Shown here piece by piece: positions 27,243 through 43,738 of a stretch of DNA of 64,000 nucleotides. The DNA is from Flaccisagitta enflata. Taxonomy: Eukaryota. The notes beneath the pieces were generated by a model. The model was not told the DNA's origin. It did not search any database and worked only from the letters and a program-made list of their open reading frames with translations. How positions within the stretch are numbered: position 1 is the first letter of the stretch; the number at the start of each line of letters is the position of its first letter. The stretch is taken from the NCBI GenBank assembly GCA_965153355.1, contig OZ231126.1:9424001-9488000 (forward strand), given 5' to 3'. The position numbers and the translations under genes are program-made.

Positions 27243-28894
27243 ACGTGTTATGTAGAGAAGAGTAGAGATGGAGAATAAAGTGGGAAGGGGATAGGGAGAA
27301 AGACGAATTATTCTCCATTTGGTGCCTATGTGATGTTTTTGCAAGAGAAGAAGAAAAATAGACGAGAAAAAAAGCAGTCCAGAAATGAAAGACAGGAAGA
27401 CAAAATCCGAGGAGATGAAGTGGAAACATTTTCGACCTTTCTTTTTCATGTCTTGACTCGTGGCAAGGATAAGAAACGACAGTTTGGTTTGGCAGCTTTC
27501 ATATCACTTCGCTGACATTTTTTTTATGTCATTTATCACCGGGCCTTTCCCTCTCCCAGTTCCCGGGTAAATCACGACTTTTATCAGGCTACAAACAAAT
27601 ATTCGTCCATGGAGTAAATCTGACAGGGATTTTTTGATTCTTGGGTGGTTGCCCACTGTACTGCCTATCAAAATCTTTTGAATTTCAGCTATGAATTATA
27701 TTATGAATATTATTATATAATATAAAATTATATAATATTATTATATATAATAATTACTATAAAAATTAGTAAAAGTTATTATAAAATTATTATATATAAT
27801 AATTATTATAAAATTATTAATAATTATCATAAAAATTATTATATATAATATTATTATATAATATAATATTATATAATATTATATAATAATATTATGAATT
27901 ATAGCAAATTCATCATTCAGCAGTTTGCACGTACTACGCATAACTACTCCCTGTGGTTGATTAAAATAAACTAATACATGTCCGATATTTAGGCGGAAAA
28001 CGATTACTTGAGTAAGGATTAAGTGTAACAATTGCTGTCAAAACTCTTAAAACTTCCCCAAATGAACTATTGGGCTCTATTTCATGAATTTGGAACATCT
28101 CATGTTGGCTTTATGGTGATTTGCCAGTAAAACCTCAAGAGCGGCAACTAAAGAACTGAGTTTTTTCTCTCTCTCATTCAACTTCATGTGGTTCAGAAGT
28201 GCCCCTCGTATGGGTCAAAAACTGCGTACTTTCCCAGCCAACTTTTTTTTTGATACTCTACCCCGCAAACTGGGGCAAATTGGCCATTTTCTTACCTCGT
28301 AGGGTGCTTTTAACGCCTTGTAATAAAGGGCAATTCTTGAAAACATTAACAAGGGGAAAATCGGTCACTTCTTGACTTTGCAATTTGGTAATCATTAGAG
28401 AATACGGCATCATATGAATTGAAACCAAATCAAATCTTCTTACTACCCAAAAATACTACTAAAAGCCATCTTCAGTAAAATTCTCATGTTACTGCAGCTA
28501 TCTTTACTATGAAAACCATATCCATACATTTTCGCCTAATTGTTGAACATGTGTTATAGGTTGTGGGAAAACCTTATATTTTTTATTGTGACGGATAGGC
28601 GGGTGATCGTGCTGATAAGCAAACCAAGCAAAAATATGGTGAACACGAGAGAATATGGACGGGACTTGTGCCTTCGTGAAGGCGGCATATTCTGTAAGAG
28701 TGGTTATGGATCAGCGTTCATTTGACAGCTCCCATTAAACATTTCATAACTGATGGCGAGCCTTCGGGACTTCGGGTCGTCGCGCTCCGGGTTTTTTTTC
28801 TTTCTCTTGCTTTCGGCCGATTGATCACCACCAGTCTACAACCACCACCACTTTCACCACCTCCAACCTCCACTACCACATTAAGGCCTAGATA

Positions 28895-29204
28895 CAGTCA
28901 GTGGACAAAACATGTATAGGTATGTATATCATTGGCTTTGATGCAACATACTGCTCATAAACAAAATATTATATGTAATAATCAGCCACTCAAATTTGAG
29001 CTGGCTATAACAAAACTTTGTATACAAAAACTAGTTGTTAGAATTACAGCTGACTGAAATTATCAATTTTGTAACATTACAGCAGGATGAATTTCAACTT
29101 ATAGTTATTGCGTTTTGTTATTTCAATCTATAGTTTATTATCAGTTTATTCGATCATATAAAACAGTATGATATATATACCTATTATGTTTTGTCCACTG
29201 ACTG
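28895..29204. mobile_element. Tc1/mariner-like MITE
   Basis: TA|cagtcagtggacaaaacat ... atgttttgtccactgactg|TA. Confidence 0.9.
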
Positions 29205-29422
29205 TATAACCCCATCCCATCCTGAAAAACGTTCCCAGCTGCCTATCCGTCTACAAACACCACAAGTCGTCATAACTTTGGCCTGAAACCCTATAGAACC
29301 CTGAAATTATACTTCCCAATGGCCTATCTGCCCTTGAACACAACCAGGCTTTTGTCAGATAATCCGGCATTGTCAGATAGTCCAGAATAGTCACTTTTCT
29401 ATCTGGGCTTTAGATAGACTAT

Positions 29423-29511
29423 AGGGGTTTTCGCATTGGGTGTATTATCTTGATATTATCTAGATATTGCCTATGTAATACCGCGATAATTTTCCCAATG
29501 CGAAAACCCCT
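29423..29511. mobile_element. 89-bp Tourist/PIF-Harbinger-like MITE
   Basis: 18-bp perfect TIR aggggttttcgcattggg with 3-bp flanks tat/tat. Confidence 0.75.
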
Positions 29512-29517
29512 TATGAG

Positions 29518-29610
<93 letters not shown>

Positions 29611-30831
29611 ATGGATGTATTCATTCAACCGCCTCATAAAGAACACTTGATAGCAACCTAGATTCCTAGAATGCTTGTATCCTGTTCACAAAAAAAAAAA
29701 AAAAAAATTGCCTCTATTAGTATCTTTCTTTGCTAAGAACGCGCGACTCAACGTTGTGACAATAGCTTCAGGCAAACCAGAGACTTGTAAGATGACAAGA
29801 GCACGCGCAAGCACGTTCAAATACTTGCTCGCACGCGCAGCCTCACACATGCATGGTCGACCAAGCTAAGGGCTTCTTTAGTTCTAATGCAAGGACTCTC
29901 AAGTTGTGGCTGGGATTGGAGTGGCAAACTGGGCCTCAGCGTCATGACCTCTTTGATTCTCCCCCCCCCCCCTTGCCGAAAGAAATTATATCAAACACCT
30001 CAGCAAAGAGTAGCGCCGACGAATAGCAAGGCCGTATACAGGCGTATACACTCCCAACCCCCCCCCCCCCCAGTCGCGGATGGGTGGGCAGGAGCGGAAT
30101 AGTGAGAGAAAAAAAAGCTCACATTTTGTTTTGGTCACTGACCAACCGACCGACTGACATAGAGGCTTCTAGAGTCGCGTGTCCGCGACTGAAAAGAACC
30201 AAGCCATACGTACTGAATCTCTCATTTCGGTTTGGACTGAGCCTGATTTTATGAAGTTCCGACCTTGCATCGTTCTCAATTGGTCTCATAAAATCCTGGG
30301 CCAATTGACCTTCAAAACAAGAAACGTCCTTAACAAACAAAACTCTGGAACTTCTCTACTCTATAAGTTGCTACAAGAGCTTCTTTTTTGGGCAGCGTCC
30401 CTGAAGGGGTCGATGACCTAGAGGCTTTCACACATATGGGGAATTTTCTCCTTCATCTCCTCCTTCTTCTCCACCTAATCACCGCAAATATCGACCCGGA
30501 TCGGACAGACTGACCGAGACTCTTTCCTGTATCGTTGATCGATATCCAGTGTGCTACACCGAGACAGACCGCCGAGACAGACAGACAGACAGACAGACAG
30601 ATAGACAGACCCGTAAGCCCGACCCAGTTTTTTTTTTGTCCGCGACGGAATACCATTCCGACGCGGACTATAATTCGAGGCGGGTGGGTGCCGCCGTTGT
30701 CGCTGTCGTTGTCGCTGGCGTTGCTGTCCACATTGTTAATGTACAACTTTGTGAACGCCGTGACCGATTTGCTTGCTATTTGAGGAAGTTGCATGAGCCG
30801 CCACATCCTATGCGTATGTTATGATCCGACT

Positions 30832-31597
30832 CACCCAACCGGCCCAACCAGCCTACCAGCCTAAAAAGTGAAAACGTGCATAATTGGCCATTTTCAACCA
30901 ATATGGTTGAAACTTCCAGATATAGTTCCCAATGGAAGGACTCAACATATGTATTTGATTTGTACAGATTTTAAAGCATGTTAACTACAAACTGCCTACT
31001 GCCCAACCAGCCTACCAGCCTAAAAGTGAAAACGTGCATAACTTCAGCAACCAATTTGGCTGTAATCGCATGTAGTCTCTAAATGAAAGAACTCAACATA
31101 TGTATTTGAATTCTAAAGGTTTAAGCATGCTAACCGCCAAACCAGCTCACCACCCAACTCGCCTACCCAAAAGTTAACAACGTGCATAATCTCTACATTT
31201 TTCAACCGATTTGCTTGAAACTTGGTATAGCTCAAATGTAAGGACTCAACATATGTATTTGAATTGTAAAGATTTTAGCATAACTGGCCAAACCAGCCTA
31301 CCACCCAACCAGCCTACCACCTAAAAGTGAAAAATGTATAATTTTATAATTTTCAATCGATTTGCTGAAACTTGCATGTAGTCTAAATGGAAGGACTCAC
31401 ATATGTATTTGAATTGTAAAGATGTTACATGCTAACCAGCCAAACTGTTCTACCACCCCACTAGCCTACCAGCCTAAAAGTTAAACGTGCATAATCTGCA
31501 TTTTTCAACCGATTTGGTTGAAACTTGGTATGTAGTCCCCAAATGGAAGGACTCAACATATGAATTTGATTTATAAAGATTTTAGTATGCAACTGGT
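30832..31597 (+). repeat. ~155-bp unit tandem array, 5 copies
   Basis: Recurring cccaaccagcctaccagcctaaaagt...aaggactcaacatatgtatttg at ~150-160 bp spacing. Confidence 0.92.
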
Positions 31598-31609
31598 CAA
31601 TGCAATTCA

Positions 31610-32184
31610 ACAAATTTGACAACGTTGTTTGACAATGTCGCTTGACAATGTCGTTTAACAACGCGTTTTGGCAACGCTTTTACAACGCCTTTACAACGCC
31701 AGCATAACGCCGCGATAACGCCTGCATAACGCCGCTTACAACGCCGTACAACGCCACATAACGCCAACATAACGCCACATGTAACGCCTTGCTGGACAAC
31801 GCCGTTGACAACGCTGCGACAACGCCGCTGACAACGCCGCTGACAACGCCATTGACAACGCCGCTGCAACGCGTTTGAAAACCCGCTGATAACGCCGGAT
31901 GATAACGCCGCTTGATAACGCCGCTTTGATAACGCCCCGCTGATAATGCCGCTTTGATAACGCCGCTTATCAACGCCAGTTGACAACGCCTGACAACGCC
32001 TAACGCCGCTTGACAACGCCGCTTGACAACGCCATTAACGCTGTTGACAACGCGCCCGCTTGACAAGCCGCCGCTGACAACGCCGCTGACAACGCCGCTG
32101 ACGCCGCCGCTTGACAACGCTGCTGGACAACGCCACGCCGCATAACGGCCGCTTTACAACGCTCAAGCGACAACGCCGCTTGAC
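31610..32184 (+). repeat. Degenerate ~12-bp minisatellite (gacaacgccgct)
   Basis: Directly visible. Confidence 0.9.
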
Positions 32185-32630
32185 CAGTCATGACCCATAC
32201 TCTTTCAAGATTTTTTCTGAAAACATTCATGATCATGACTGATTTCTTTTGATCCTTTTAAGAAATAATTGTTTTTATTATGTATTGTACTTGATAATTC
32301 TCATAATTTCTTTCATAATTTCTTCTCTAAATTGACATTTTGTTTTTCATTTTGCCTTTATCATATTTCTTTCTTTCTTTCTTCAATTTTCACTTGTCAC
32401 TTTTCACTTTTCACTTTTCACTTTTCTTTTTTTAATTTTCAATTTTCAATTTTCAGTTTTTATTTATCATTCTTTTTTTTTTTTCATTTGGGCTTTGTTT
32501 TTTCTTTTAAGTTTTCATTTTTTTTTGTTATCTTTAATCAAAAATTTTCTATAAAAAATGTAATTGAAAAATTTGTTTTAATCTATAATAAAAAAATTTA
32601 GCAAGGATCATTGAATCTTGCAGCTGTATG

Positions 32631-33396
32631 CTGAGGCGGATCAACATATATGCTTTAAATGCTTAAGCATAGGGCCCCGCGCCTCAGGGGGGCCCTGCGC
32701 TTGCAGCCCCCTTCTTTGATAAAAAAAAAAAAAAAGAAAGAAAGAAAGAAAGAAAAACAGGAAGGAAGAAAAACAGGAAGGCAGAAAAACAGAAAAGAGG
32801 AAAACTAAGAAAGCTACAGAAACCAGATTGCACTTATTTTGAAAGTCTTTTTTAATTTAGATCAATTTGTTTTGTTTTTTTTTTCAAATCTATAGCTTAC
32901 TTAGAAGCTGTGAGTTCCTAAGAAGAAGCTGCATTTCATTTTTTTAATCTTTAAAATAATAGACTTTACTTTCTTTTTTGTCAGTTTTAAACAGTTGGAG
33001 CTACAGGAACCAGATTGGGCTCATCTTAAAGATTTTATGAAGTAGCTCATTACAAAATTTCTTTGAAAGTTAAGACATCTTCGGTTGAAAATGAATTCTT
33101 TCATAAATAATATTCAGGCTTGAATCGGTTTCTATGGATTTAATAAGGTGATGATTTTAGGCCTGATAGGTCTGATATTAGTTTTGAGGCTACTGCTAAA
33201 AAAAAAACAGGTTGTAACTTGTGAGAAAAATAAAGAGAAAAAGCAAGGACGAGAGAGATTAAAACAGGGGATGAATTGATGTGAAATTCATATATGTATT
33301 TAACAGTTAGGTATAGCTACAAAAATTTTTTTGGAGGAAGGGGGCCCCGCGACCTTGTTTAAGCATAGGGCCCCGCACCTTGTTAATCCGCTTCAG
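32631..33396. mobile_element. hAT-like MITE nested in the 4.3-kb element
   Basis: Perfect 8-bp TSD gctgtatg; TIR ctgaggcggatcaac / gttaatccgcttcag; subterminal aagcatagggccccgc motifs. Confidence 0.9.
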
Positions 33397-33455
33397 GCTG
33401 TATGACTCTCCCGAAATCTTAATGGATGATTGAATGAATAGACCCAAAACCCTGT

Positions 33456-33591
<136 letters not shown>

Positions 33592-34338
33592 TTGTCGGTA
33601 TACCATATTCTACCAATTCTGGATTAGCTTCGATCGCGATTCCACGTGTCTCCATTCTGTTTAAACAAGGTCATTAGACCTAAGTCGCGTGCGTCGGCAC
33701 TTTCAGAAAAGTCTGGCAGACAGACAGATGAACAGACTAAAACATTTAAAAAGACCTTGGAACTAGCAACAAAAAGTCTTAAAACCAACTACATGACAAA
33801 CCAATGGACAGACAGACAGATGGACAAAAAAGTGGCTTGTAGAGGTGTATGAATAAAAAACATTCAAAAACATTTGAAATGTCTTTAAATTGGCTGTAAC
33901 ACCCTTTAAACAACTTTGTGACGGACAGACAAACAGATGAACAGACCAACTGACCAACCAAAAAGTGGCTTATAGAGGCTTATAAATGCCTTAGAAACAT
34001 TCAAAAACATTTAGAATGTCTTTATTTTGTGTAAAAAGCCTTTTAAACAGTTTTGTTACGGACCGACCGACCGACCGACGGACGGACCGACCGACCGATA
34101 AGTGGCTTATAGAGTTGCGTAGCACGCGACTAAAAACGAGCGTTTTCTTTGGCACAAAAACTCGCGATCTAGACATACTTTTTTTTTTCAAAAATAGATT
34201 TATCCAAATCGATAACAGATATAAGGAAAGCAACTCTACAACAAGTTCAATTTGGATTTACTATGATAAGCGACCTATCAACACTTCAAAGTGGAAAATA
34301 CTGGAACACAGACACACACACACAGACACACACACACA

Positions 34339-34398
<60 letters not shown>

Positions 34399-35401
34399 CA
34401 CAACGTGGCACACACACACACACACACTGTTTTTTATAATCTAACTAAAAGGTCCAGCTTTTTTAACGTGGCTTTTACAGTCTTGACCATCTACTCTTTA
34501 TCCTTATGTTATTTCTAAACGAATAAAGCTACAACAACCAGCATGGTCTCATTTTGAAGCTCTTTTGAAGTGGTTTAAAACGGTCATGGATTTTGCTTTA
34601 GTTGATAATAAGATAACTATGAAAAAAAATAGTGAATCGTATCGGAAATCGATATCTAGATATATCTAATAATCGATATATAGCTATCTCTTCTCGTATC
34701 TATTGGAGACGAGAACTACCTAGATCGTGCAGTAGATCGTATCTAGTTTGTACGACCTATATCGTCAGTGATTATCTCCACCCTCCCCCCTTACAGAAGA
34801 CAGGGCCGGATGCAGGGCATTCCAGTTGCAGACAGTTGGGCAGGAGCAGTTATGCAAAAACCGCTCGAAATTCAAAAATGTGATGGATGGATGGATGGAC
34901 AGACCAACTGACCTTCTGACTGACACGGCAAGGTGTAGTGTCGCGTGTCCACCACTAAAAATTCTGCCTAATTCTGCTAAATTCTGCTAAATTTAGCTTG
35001 ATTCTGCTTAGTTCTACCAAATTTTGCCTAATTTTACCAAATTCTGCCAAATTCTGCCATCCCCTTGGCTTCTGGGAGGAGGAAGAGGAGAAAATTTCCC
35101 AAATGTGTGAAAGCATAGGTCCTACACCCATTCCAAACTTTATCCAAAATTATTCCACTACTCCAGCCAGGCACGGGTACTGCTTACTATCTGATGCTTT
35201 TGCTACTATTTATCATGATTGTTGCAAGAATCTGCCGTACCCATAAAACCATTTGCTGCATGCTGCATTTGCTCTTGTTTTTGCAACATCACCGCTCTCA
35301 CCACTCTTTATCACGGCAGTGGCATTACGAGGCTCGCGTCCTCATTTCGCGCGTGCGTAAACGCGTGCGTATCGGAAAAAAATGAGGAAATAGAGAAAAT
35401 G

Positions 35402-35486
<85 letters not shown>

Positions 35487-36009
35487 AACACTAAACAAGG
35501 CCATCACTTTTTGAGTCGCGCACGAGACGTAATAAACTGCATTGATTTTAAATCAATATGATTGAACTGATACATATGTTTCAAATACTTGAATGACTTA
35601 AATAACTAAAATGACTTAGAGTGACATACTGGCATAGTCATGGAATGACCTTAAATGACTCAAAATGATATAAATGTTTTATGATGGGTGGAACAATATC
35701 CCTCACTATAACCAAAATTTAAAAAAAACTTATACCCAAATCATAAACTTATACCCAAAAATTAAAAAAACACTTTTATTGACTCTAAGTGACTTAAAAT
35801 GGCTAAAAAAAGGATTCAATGCAGAAAAAAATGATAAGGGGATAAACAGACCGACTGGCTGACGGACAGACCGACTGACCAACGGATAAACCGACAAAAA
35901 GGGAGAAGAAGAGGGAGAAGAAGAGGGAGAATGGGTAGTCTCGATCTAGTTGGCCGTTTCCTGAAGGCGAATCGATATTTGGCGAGGATCAAACAAAACG
36001 AGTGATTCG

Positions 36010-37080
<1,071 letters not shown>

Positions 37081-39134
37081 AAGACACGGTAAGAAAGAAA
37101 GGAGAAGAGAAAAAAGAAAGAAGAAAAGGAGAGAAAAAAGGAAAAAAAAGAAAGGAAGGAAAAAAGTAAGGAAGGAAAAAAGAAAGGGAAAGAAACAGGA
37201 AAAAAAGAAATGAAGAGAAAAAATCGAGGGAAAGAAACGAGAAAAAAATTTGGAAGAAAGAGAGAAAGTAGATAAGAAACGTATGAGAATAAGGAATTCA
37301 GGATAGTATGAAAGACGAATAATGAGGGTAAAATAGAATGGGAGAAACAAAGCAATTTAGGAAAGATAGATAGACAGAAAGATAGTTTGAAAGAAAGGAT
37401 TATCATAAGCATTAGGAATAGCATGCATTTTCCCTTTGGATCTTGACACATTCATAGCAAGAACTGTTTACCGTTTAGGTTGTACCCTTCCTGACAATCG
37501 ACGGCTTCGACGTCATTTGATTTTGGCTGTCATGGCTAGTTTGCCAAAACCAACCACAGAATGACAACCACGTACAGTTGTAACAATTCTCGATGCTTTA
37601 TCTACCGTTACGTCTTTAACGTACTGTATTAGAAAACGTCACGCAGTTGAACACTGACAGGGAAGGCGGGCCTCCTACCTGGAGGCACTTGACAGGTGGC
37701 ACCACTTCTGTCAAATCTGATCTTGTTTACTCTGTTCTCTTTTTTGGGGCGTTTATTGCCGCAGTCGCCTTTTCCGTCGTCATTGTCATCAGCCTCGCAA
37801 TCTTTACCATCTTCGTCGTCGTCTTTCTCGTCAGCATCGTCGTCTACGTCGTCGTCGTCAGCATCGTCGTCGTCGTCGTCTCTCTCGTCAGCATCGTCGT
37901 CGTCGTCGTCAAAAACGTCGGTTTTGTCGCTTTTCATGACAGAACCACAACGCAAAAAATAAACATGGACTAACGTCCTGGTGCCAATTTTCCCTGACAG
38001 TGCGCCGCCAAGGCTGTTTGATTTGGTCAATGGGCTTCAATGTGGCACAATGCTAAAGCGCAATGAAAATGGCGATTTGAATTGCGCCTTATCATCAACA
38101 TCGCTGCCCTCATTCTGATTTCTATGGTCAATATGAGACAGGTCCTTAACTTGGGGAAGCTGAATGATTATTCTATGAATTCAACGAAAGATTTCTTTCA
38201 TATTCAATGGTTAGAAAGAAAAGATGGGGGAAAAATATCAGGAAAGTTGAATTTGACTTGGTGCTTCTTGGCATTGATTGATGACATTCAATGAGAATGA
38301 ACCAATGCAGTGACTGAGACGCTCATTGGGCTGTGGACTGAACAGTCGAACAAACTACGCAGAGGTGTAGTCAAGCCCGGACAGGGAAATGGCAAGGCCC
38401 CCACAGGCCCCTTTGGTCGCCCCCCCCCCCTGGCAGGGGCTGCTTCTATAACATTAGTTTTGTTTTATCAATTTAACATATTGAAATTTGCTTCAGTTTT
38501 CAACTTTTCTCTTCCTGGACTTGCAACCTGGTATTTGTGTATTAGACATAGACATTGTCAGATTTAGAAAGCTGAGTTCTATCTTGAAGTGCAAAGAACC
38601 GCCTAGCTCCTCTTTATTTCCCGCTGACGTTGCAATCGCGAAAATGTGCTTTAAGCCTTTGGTCAATCAAATCTCGCATTAAGATAAAATGAACATCTTT
38701 CATGAATTTTTTGGTCGCGCGCAGACTACTTTCTCACTCCTTTTGTCTACAAGTGAGATGGCTCGTTCATTTAACACAGGAATTTTTGCCTTTGCTGTGT
38801 TACTGTTAGACAGTCTGTTATAAATAAATAAATGCAGCCACCGTGGAAAACAAGAACTTGCACACTGGCGGATTGGCGCACAGACGGACAGAATAAGCGC
38901 ACTGCGCCATGCCAAGTTAACAAATGTGGCGGTGGCACGGTTGAAACATTTACATTTGTGTCATATAATCTGACATATAACATCTGACATTGTTCCACTT
39001 GTCATATAACTTGTAGTATTTGTGAGAGCAAAAGAATGGGAAAATGCCGACGGGGTCGTCAAACAATTTAGCAGGATTCCTTCCCCGGACAAAGAGTTGT
39101 TCGTGTACAATGTAGATTGTTCATGCGTGTGTTT

Positions 39135-39230
<96 letters not shown>

Positions 39231-39662
39231 CGAATAAATTTTCTCAAAGGCGTCCCCGCTACCCCGTTATTCAATTTTAACTTGTGTTTTAGTGATCAGC
39301 TTTTTCAGTTTTGAAAGAAGGTATGGAATTTAATTATGTAAGGCCGATTCAGCTGTATTCCTCAAGGCAAAGGGGGGAGGAGACCACTGCAATGGTCCAA
39401 AAAAATCGGCACAACATGGGCTAGATCGCCAAGACCGAAAAAGAAAGGTCGAGAAAGGTTTCCATAATCATCCAACGCATAATCACGCCAATTTTTTAGT
39501 ATCGGCCCGGTAGTGTCTGAGCACATCAATGGTTGGAAGGTTGACACTAGCATTTCTTATTAAGAGAAAAAACATAACATAAGAATAATCAAAGATACAT
39601 TCATTCGTTCATTCGTTCGTTCATTCATTCAATTGAGATTTAAGAATATTCAACGATACTTA

Positions 39663-40238
<576 letters not shown>

Positions 40239-40401
40239 TTATGAGCTCGTCAGAGTCGTCCATGTACATGTACATTTGAGGGAGGGAGGTAAGTACAGGT
40301 GGCTGACTGGCTGATATGAAGATGAGGGATCGAATGGAAGTTACATTTAATTACCTTATATTGTCTTCTAAACAACTGACTGAACATGAGCAATTGACCT
40401 C

Positions 40402-40692
<291 letters not shown>

Positions 40693-42569
40693 CAAATGAA
40701 CGCACTCAAAACACTCAGAAAACAATATCGGTTGACCGAAAGTAAGAGGACCAATATAAACTGGGAGATGTTTTAAAGCGCCGGGACTAGAAATACAGAA
40801 AGGAAATTGTTCAAAATAATCTTTTATTTCTGTCTTTTGAGAGTGATGAGACAAGTGAGTATTTGTTAATAATTGATTTTGTTCATGATGGAGAAACTTG
40901 ATCTCATCTTTACTTTGCCGTCGAAGTATGTAAACAGCATGAATACACTGTGGCTCACAGACTGTGGGTCTGTGGGACCAATTATCTAAACTCTTGGTCT
41001 CCATGCAGGTGTTGCAAAAAAAATTATGTTAGTCATCGATTTGTTTTCTTTATTTCATGGATTGTAAGTATTTGTAATTACAATAAAACACGGTGTGCTA
41101 GAAGAAACAAGGCCGGATAAACGGCTAGTCTCTACCCCTGTCGCGCACGTGTGGGCAGGGGCCATATTTGAGCTCACCAGAGCATTTGGGCAGGAGCAGT
41201 ACGGTCAAAGAATAAACAAGCCCAGGCGGGCAACTCGATGCGTCATCTGCGCGATATTGGAAGAGGCGTAACGGACGGACGGACGGACGAAAAAGACTCC
41301 TTATTCACTTTAAAGAGCGGTCGGTTTGATACGCGACATCGCCGTGGCAGAAAAGTGCCGAAAATTGCGATTTTCAAGAAAGCGTAACGGACGGACGGAC
41401 GGACCGACGGACCGACGGACGGACGGACGGACGGACATAGCCTCTTATAGAGATGCGATGACGCATCTAAAAACATAAAAAAAAGTAAAGTGTGACCGAC
41501 CAACCGACGGACAAAGCGGGGTGTAGAGTCGCGTAGCATTAGCGGGGGGACTGCAGAGCTTCAAAGGGGCAAATAAGAGAGATACACCATCCATACGGCG
41601 ACCAATGTCTGGTGGAACATCTCTCTCAACCATCTGAAATGTCTGATGGGCCCAAAAATGTTGAAAAAATCGCCCGCATCCAGCATCTTTATCATCTATG
41701 TGAATGATCAAAATTCTCATTGAAATCGCTGCAATTTTGCCGCTTTTCACTACAAAAAGTTTTTATCACTGATCAATTTTCACAATGTAAAGGGTTTTTC
41801 ATTTGATTTCTGATACGGTATGTAACAGGTGATGAATGAATAAAACAAAACTAAAAATTGCTGCAAGTTGCTGCATGTTGCTGTTGGTATTTTGGTAATT
41901 TGGGCCAAAAATGCTGCAAATTGAAGAACGCATTATTGGGCAATTGAGTCTTTTAGTCTTAAATTAGCAACTCTGTCAGAAGCCTTATCCATCCGTCTGT
42001 CTGTCCATTCCACACTTTGACTGTCTATCCATCCATCAGCGTGTCTGTCCATCTGTCCCTCCATCCCTACAATCATGACAGATTCAACATTGGTATAGAA
42101 TGTTAAAGTTTTAGATCTCAATCCTGCCCCTGCCAGTATTCTCGTGACAAGTTGAAATAGCAAATGTCAGTTGTTAACTTGTAAACTTGCAACTAGCCTT
42201 TGGCAAATGTTTATTTGTCTTTCTGTCTGTCCATCTATCTGTTAATCCATCTGTCCATCCGATCCTATGTCCATTCAACCATCCACCGATAACATCCGAA
42301 TCCATCAGCATATTACAAAAACAAACGAGGCTGGATCCACGGCTACCCCAGTTTTGTGTGGGTAGGCAGGGGCTGTAATTGAGGTCACTGGATCATTTGG
42401 GCAGGAGCAGAGGCCAAAAACCACAAACAGGTCGCCCAAGGGCAATGTGGTCAGTGATACCTCCTGCCCTGCTTTACATGTATTGTTACAGGAGAGTAGG
42501 GCAGCGGCCCAAGGGGGAGTCCTGTAGAACACAGGGGGCTTTTCTCGTCCATCCGTCAGTCCCTCTCCC

Positions 42570-42809
42570 CAGGCCCTCTCAGGCCTGAAATCTACCCTCT
42601 CAGGCCTGAAATCTGCCCTCTCGGGCCTGAAATCTGCCCTCTCAGGCCTAATATCTGGCCTCTCATGCCTTAAATCTGAGGAAGCATATCAAAGGCCTGA
42701 GAAGACCGGTTTCAAGCCTGAGAGGACAGATTTCAGGCCTGAGAGGGCAGATTTCAGGCCTAAGAGGGTAGATTAAAGGCCTGAGAGGGCAGATTTCAGG
42801 CCTGAGGGG
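42570..42809. repeat. 21-bp tandem array in two inverted blocks (caggcctgaaatctgccctct) inside a GGGCAGCGGCCC-type interspersed element that resumes at 43739-43877
   Basis: Forward units to ~42680, reverse-complement units after; inverted gggcagcggccc..gtcctgtagaacacagggg segments at 42499 and 43826-43872. Confidence 0.85.
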
Positions 42810-43013
42810 TAATCACTGACGATCCAGGTCTTACAAACTAGATACGATCTACTGCACGATCAAAGTGATTCTCGTCTCCAATAGATACGAGAAGAGATAG
42901 CTATAAATCGATTATTAGATATAGCTAGATATCGATTTCCGATACGATTTAACATTTTTTTCATAGTTAATGTATTATTAATAAATGTTTACCGTGTAAC
43001 CATTTCTTAAATA

Positions 43014-43106
<93 letters not shown>

Positions 43107-43738
43107 CATAGTATGGGCCAAAAGTTGTGCTGGTAATGTGTTCAACTCCATAGGTGTGGTACTATATACCAAAAATGAAATAAAATCAGTAGAGTCGTCC
43201 TGGTTTTGTTATCAATTTGAGAATATTTTTGAAATCGTTTTTATTCCAATGGAAAACGATCTTAGATAAAAATTGGAAAAATTTCGAATTTGAGAAAGGA
43301 TACTTGAGATTTGTAACTAATGGAAACCAGTTGGAATGAAACTTTTTTTAATTTCTTACATGAATATTTCGTCCATGGCTTGAATAAATATCGAATTAGA
43401 GACATTGTAAATGTAAGCAAGCATGAGCAGGAGCCAGTCATTCAACCTCTTTTGTCTGCTCTTTTACTGTTATCAATTTTGGGTGATTGCTCACCCAAAT
43501 CTGACTGAAAGAATCGAACCTCTCTCTCTCTCTCCGATTTCTTACCCCATTCTCCATTCACACTTACTTTTTTCTCTCCATTGTCTCTACTCGACCTCTC
43601 TTCTCCTTACTAATCCCCTGTCTGTCTGTCTGTCTGTCTCGTCGGTCTGTCTCGGTGTTGTACACCGGATATCGGTTCACGATGCAGGAAGGGGTCTCGG
43701 TCAGTCTGTCCGACACGGGTCGATTTTGGCGGAGGTTA
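42810..43738 (-). mobile_element. 929-bp member of the same 8-bp-TSD family as 30476-34774
   Basis: Perfect TSD ctgagggg (42802-42809, 43739-43746), TAA...TTA termini, end segments homologous to 30476-30610 and 34615-34774. Confidence 0.88.

Noticed and set aside
27695-27900. Very AT-rich tract as an origin or regulatory element
   Set aside because: Degenerate TA/TAA simple repeat with no further evidence.
31597-32236. GVVSG/RRCQ-repeat ORFs
   Set aside because: Products of the 12-bp minisatellite.
37629-38030. Asp-rich (minus) or Ser-rich (plus) ORFs as a nested gene
   Set aside because: Degenerate (GAC/GTC)n tract, non-ATG starts, no convincing splice signals or domain.
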